64,000 bases of DNA from Octopus vulgaris (lineage: Eukaryota). The stretch is taken from the NCBI GenBank assembly GCA_951406725.2, contig OX597824.1, positions 20,150,001-20,214,000 of the forward strand, written 5' to 3'. The notes under the pieces are model-generated. The model was not told the DNA's origin and searched no databases. It saw only the letters and a program-made list of their open reading frames with translations. Positions 59,836 to 64,000 of the stretch are shown here, one piece after another. How positions within the stretch are numbered: position 1 is the stretch's first letter; the number at the start of each line of letters is the position of its first letter. Position numbers and translations under genes: made by a program.

Positions 59836-61021
59836 GTAAAACAAGGCATAAACAACGGTCATTACATATTTTTCTTTATTGTAATAAACTTATTGAAGAA
59901 GTTTTGTCAACTTCGAACGAACGAGATTAACCAATCAACTAGCCGATAAAACTTCTTCAATAAATTTTTAATTTGAATGTATCAAGCAAAGGATGACCCT
60001 CTAAAAAGATCGAAATTTTTGTACAATATAGATAAACGATGTAGTTTTGAGAAGTTCTCTGTTTAAAATGAACGGTTAAAGGCAAAAAAAACCAAGTTTC
60101 GGTTTTCTTAAATCTCTTCAGCAGTAATATAATAATATATATACATCATTTAGTGATGCTTATATTGGGTTGTTCGGTAAGTTCATGCCGATTTATAGTA
60201 GCTTACTATTCGACTTATTTTAGAACATGGTTGAGTCCATAAAATAGGATTTGACTACACCTCCATTTAGAGCACGGTTTAAGCGTGGAAGAAGGTTTAT
60301 GTTCCTATAACCTGTGTTAATTCTATAACCCTTTAAAATGGAAGATAAGAAAGTTCATTTTCCGCACTTGATGCTTTGGGAATTAGACAAAAATTGCTGC
60401 AGCTCGGCTGGGATGTGTTACCCTACCCTCCATATTCACCAGATATTGCTCGTTCGGATTTCCACTTATTCAGGTCTCTGCAGAATAGTCTTAATGGTAA
60501 AAATTTCATTTCCTTGGATGACGTAAAAAGATACCTTGATGAATTCTTTGCCATGAAACCACCTCAATTCTGAGAAGAGGGTATTTTCAAGTTAAAGGAA
60601 AGATGGAGACGCACTGAGCAACAAAATGGTTCATATTTGGTTGATTAAAAATGTAATGGCAGGTATTTATTGACCTTTTTCTTTGATTTAAAAATCGGCG
60701 TGAACTTTCCGGACAACCCAATATTATCAGTGTTGTTTCCGGGATTCATCGGGTGTTTCGGAGCCTCCACAATAAGGCACCATCAAACGGGCAACTCAGC
60801 CAAACCTGATCAAGTACCGGCAAGTAAGCAGTTACCATTACCTCAGTTCCCTCTGCCCATTGCAGATCTGATACTTCATAATCCACAACCACTTTCAAGC
60901 AACCGCTGCTGACCCAATAACGAGTATGAATGTCTTCAGTTTTCGGTATTGTAGGCTCTGCAGAGGGACTGGCTTGCGAACCGTTTACATCTTACCTCAA
61001 TAGGATCACACCTGGCATATG

Positions 61022-61097
<76 letters not shown>

Positions 61098-61358
61098 TAT
61101 ATGTATGTATATATGCATCTATGTATCTATGTATGCACATATGAATATCGTGAGACTGATTTTGAAAAACGAACAATATGGCCGAAGGAGAATAACTCAT
61201 AGAAGCTAATTCATAATACATATACACACACATACATACACTTATGAATGTATATACACACGCATAAATACAAACATAAAAATATATACACTCACATATG
61301 TATACATTGATACACACACACACACACATATGTATATATATGTGTATATATGTGAATG

Positions 61359-61421
<63 letters not shown>

Positions 61422-61966
61422 CTATATGTATATATATGTATATATATGGTGTTCAGTATATCACGGCGCATTCGTGGACACACCATGCATATTAAATGGG
61501 AAGAAACATCCTTTTTATAGCAGCAGATGGTCAAAGAAACTCTCTCGGCACATAAATCTTGCAGAAAGTCACACTATATGAAAGATTTTTGTCAAGACTA
61601 GAAAAGCAAAAAAAAAAAAAATCTATCAAAAGCGAATACAAAAAGCGGGAGAAAACATATGAAGAATACAAACAAACAAACGAACAAACAAACAAAACTG
61701 ATAAACAAGAAGAAAAAACACTAGAAATTTCATATTGCGATCCTAAATCATATTGAAATAACTTCCTTCTTCTGTAAAGTACCCTGGGGAAACTAGCAAA
61801 TTGTTAATGGATGCCCGTGTTTCGTGGATGCTTAAGTTTAGGCGAGAATATATATTCTGTTTTCTTACGTTGGCGTATTATAATCCACACTATACGCGCG
61901 CGAACACACACAACGTAATGATATATATATATATATAATGATTATATATGTATGTATATATATATA

Positions 61967-62028
<62 letters not shown>

Positions 62029-62736
62029 GAACATGTATATATATATATTTATATATATATCCAAAAACGAAATATATATAAAGATTATTTGTATATACAT
62101 GAATATATGTATATACGTATATATACGTATATATAAATAATATATTTACACACACACGCATATAGTTAAGTATACATATATCTACATAGTTATATATACA
62201 TACATACATACATACATACATACAAAAAGACATATGTGTGTGTGTGTGTGCGTGTGTGTGTATGTATGTATATATTTATATATGTATGTATATATATATA
62301 TATATATTATATATATATATTTATGTGTGTATATATGTGGAAAGAGAAAGTGAAGGAAATAAAGACAGAAGCTCTTTGGGTGATACCGACAGTTTTAACC
62401 ATTCGTTATGTAATACGTGTATGTATGTAGTGTACGTGTGTCTGTCATTGCAACTCTTTGTGTCCGAGTTTCACTTCTTTGATCTCCGGACAAAATTTAA
62501 AGAATGAAACAGCAAAACTCTTATGAATATTCAGGTTTAAAAAAGAGAAGAAAAAAACAATGAAATCTTTTGATTTTTCAGAAAGTGAAAATATACCTAA
62601 AGTCCGCTACATACGGCTAAGCGTTGGTGTTGACGCATCTGAGAATTTCAAACACATTGATAATACTATATCATAACAAATATGGAAACTAAAAAATACA
62701 AGAAAAAGAAGAACAGTGCTAAGGAAGAGCGGAGAA

Positions 62737-62783
<47 letters not shown>

Positions 62784-62848
62784 GTTGCTGTTGCTGTTGT
62801 TATTATTATTATCATTGTTGTTGTTGTTGTTGTTATTATTATTATTAA

Positions 62849-62894
<46 letters not shown>

Positions 62895-63116
62895 GTTGTT
62901 GTTGTTGCTCTTGTTTAATTGCTGAGTCTGGAGCATGGGATGTAAGCCTTACGAGACCAGCAACATTGATGCAGTTATTAACCATCACCACCACCATCAT
63001 CATCATCATCATCATCATCATCGTCGTCGTCGTCATCATCATCATCGTCATCATCATCGTCGTCATCATCATCGTCATCATCATCGTCACTATCATCATC
63101 ATCATCATCATCATCG

Positions 63117-63148
<32 letters not shown>

Positions 63149-63188
63149 GTCGTCATCATCGTCGTCATCATCATCGTCGTCATCATCG

Positions 63189-63223
<35 letters not shown>

Positions 63224-63368
63224 GTCATCATCATCATCATCATCATCATCGTCATCATCATCGTCATCATCATCATCATCGTCATCATCATCATCATCAT
63301 CATCATCGTCATCATCATCGTCATCATCATCGTCATCATCATCATCATCATCGTCGTCATCATCATCG

Positions 63369-63400
<32 letters not shown>

Positions 63401-64000
63401 GTCATCATCATCATCATCGTCATCATCGTCACCATCATCATCATCATCATCATAATCGTCATCATCATCATCATCATCATCATCATCGTCATCATCATCG
63501 TCATCATCATCGTCATCATCATCGTCATCATCATCATCGTCGTCATCATCATCGTCATCTTCATCGTCATCATCATCGTCATTGTCATCCTCATCGTCAT
63601 CATCATCATCGTTCTAACGTCCACTTTTCCATGCTTGCATGGGTCGGACGGAGCATATTGAGGTGGATTTTCTGTAGCTGAATGCCTTTGCTATCGTCTA
63701 CCTATCCTTTCACCAATTCAATGCTTTGATTAAGCTGTTGCAGTTCAGCACCCGGCAAGGAAGTACACGAGCAGAAAAAGATTAAAAAAAGAACTCTTTA
63801 AAATGTCTTTTGATTAAACTAGCTCAAAAATATAAGAAAACAGAAAGAGAAAAAATGAGTGAAAGTGAGAGAAAACGATATTATAGCATGAGTGGCAAAA
63901 CGATAAAAGAAGTACAGAAAGAAAAGAAGAAAAACAGAAAGAATTGAAGAAGAATAAAGCGGTTGGGAAGAGAAAGAAACAAAAAGGATTTTTTAAAATT
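56166..64000 (+). repeat. Direct duplicate of 43143-51088 (probable uncollapsed haplotype)
   Basis: Collinear throughout; differs mainly in microsatellite lengths, scattered SNPs and small indels. Confidence 0.97.
60165..60721 (+). mobile_element. Deleted mariner, duplicate copy
   Basis: Same as 47197-47762 with a 9-bp deletion. Confidence 0.95.

Overview
Eukaryotic, AT-rich, microsatellite-saturated DNA whose repeat complement (tRNA-derived SINEs, (TA)n/(CA)n/(TAGA)n/(TAA)n tracts) points to an octopus genome (inferred from repeat style, not from a gene). I found no supportable host protein-coding gene: almost all ORFs in the track are microsatellite or repeat shadows. The window is a nest of mobile-element relics: three tRNA-SINE families, R4/Dong-like RLE LINEs, CR1-like, Tx1/L1-like and RTE-like LINE ends, a deleted mariner, a Helitron and a MULE fragment. 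The ORF track missed a decayed Penelope-like element (PLE; RT thumb + CxC + GIY-YIG, minus strand, ~4205-5420). The main hidden signal is that roughly a dozen short elements from several sequence-unrelated families, mostly inserted in (TA)n and often arranged as fold-back pairs, carry the same minimal type-I hammerhead-ribozyme layout (YYGANRA - stem II - GAAA - palindromic stem III - UH). Several have non-canonical cores (U3-A8 covariation, C at position 4, long stem-II insertions), and one such family is physically continuous with the PLE relic. 56166-64000 is a near-identical copy of 43143-51088 that begins at a 100-N gap, most likely an uncollapsed haplotype. All alignments and folds were done by eye, so coordinates of degenerate elements are approximate.
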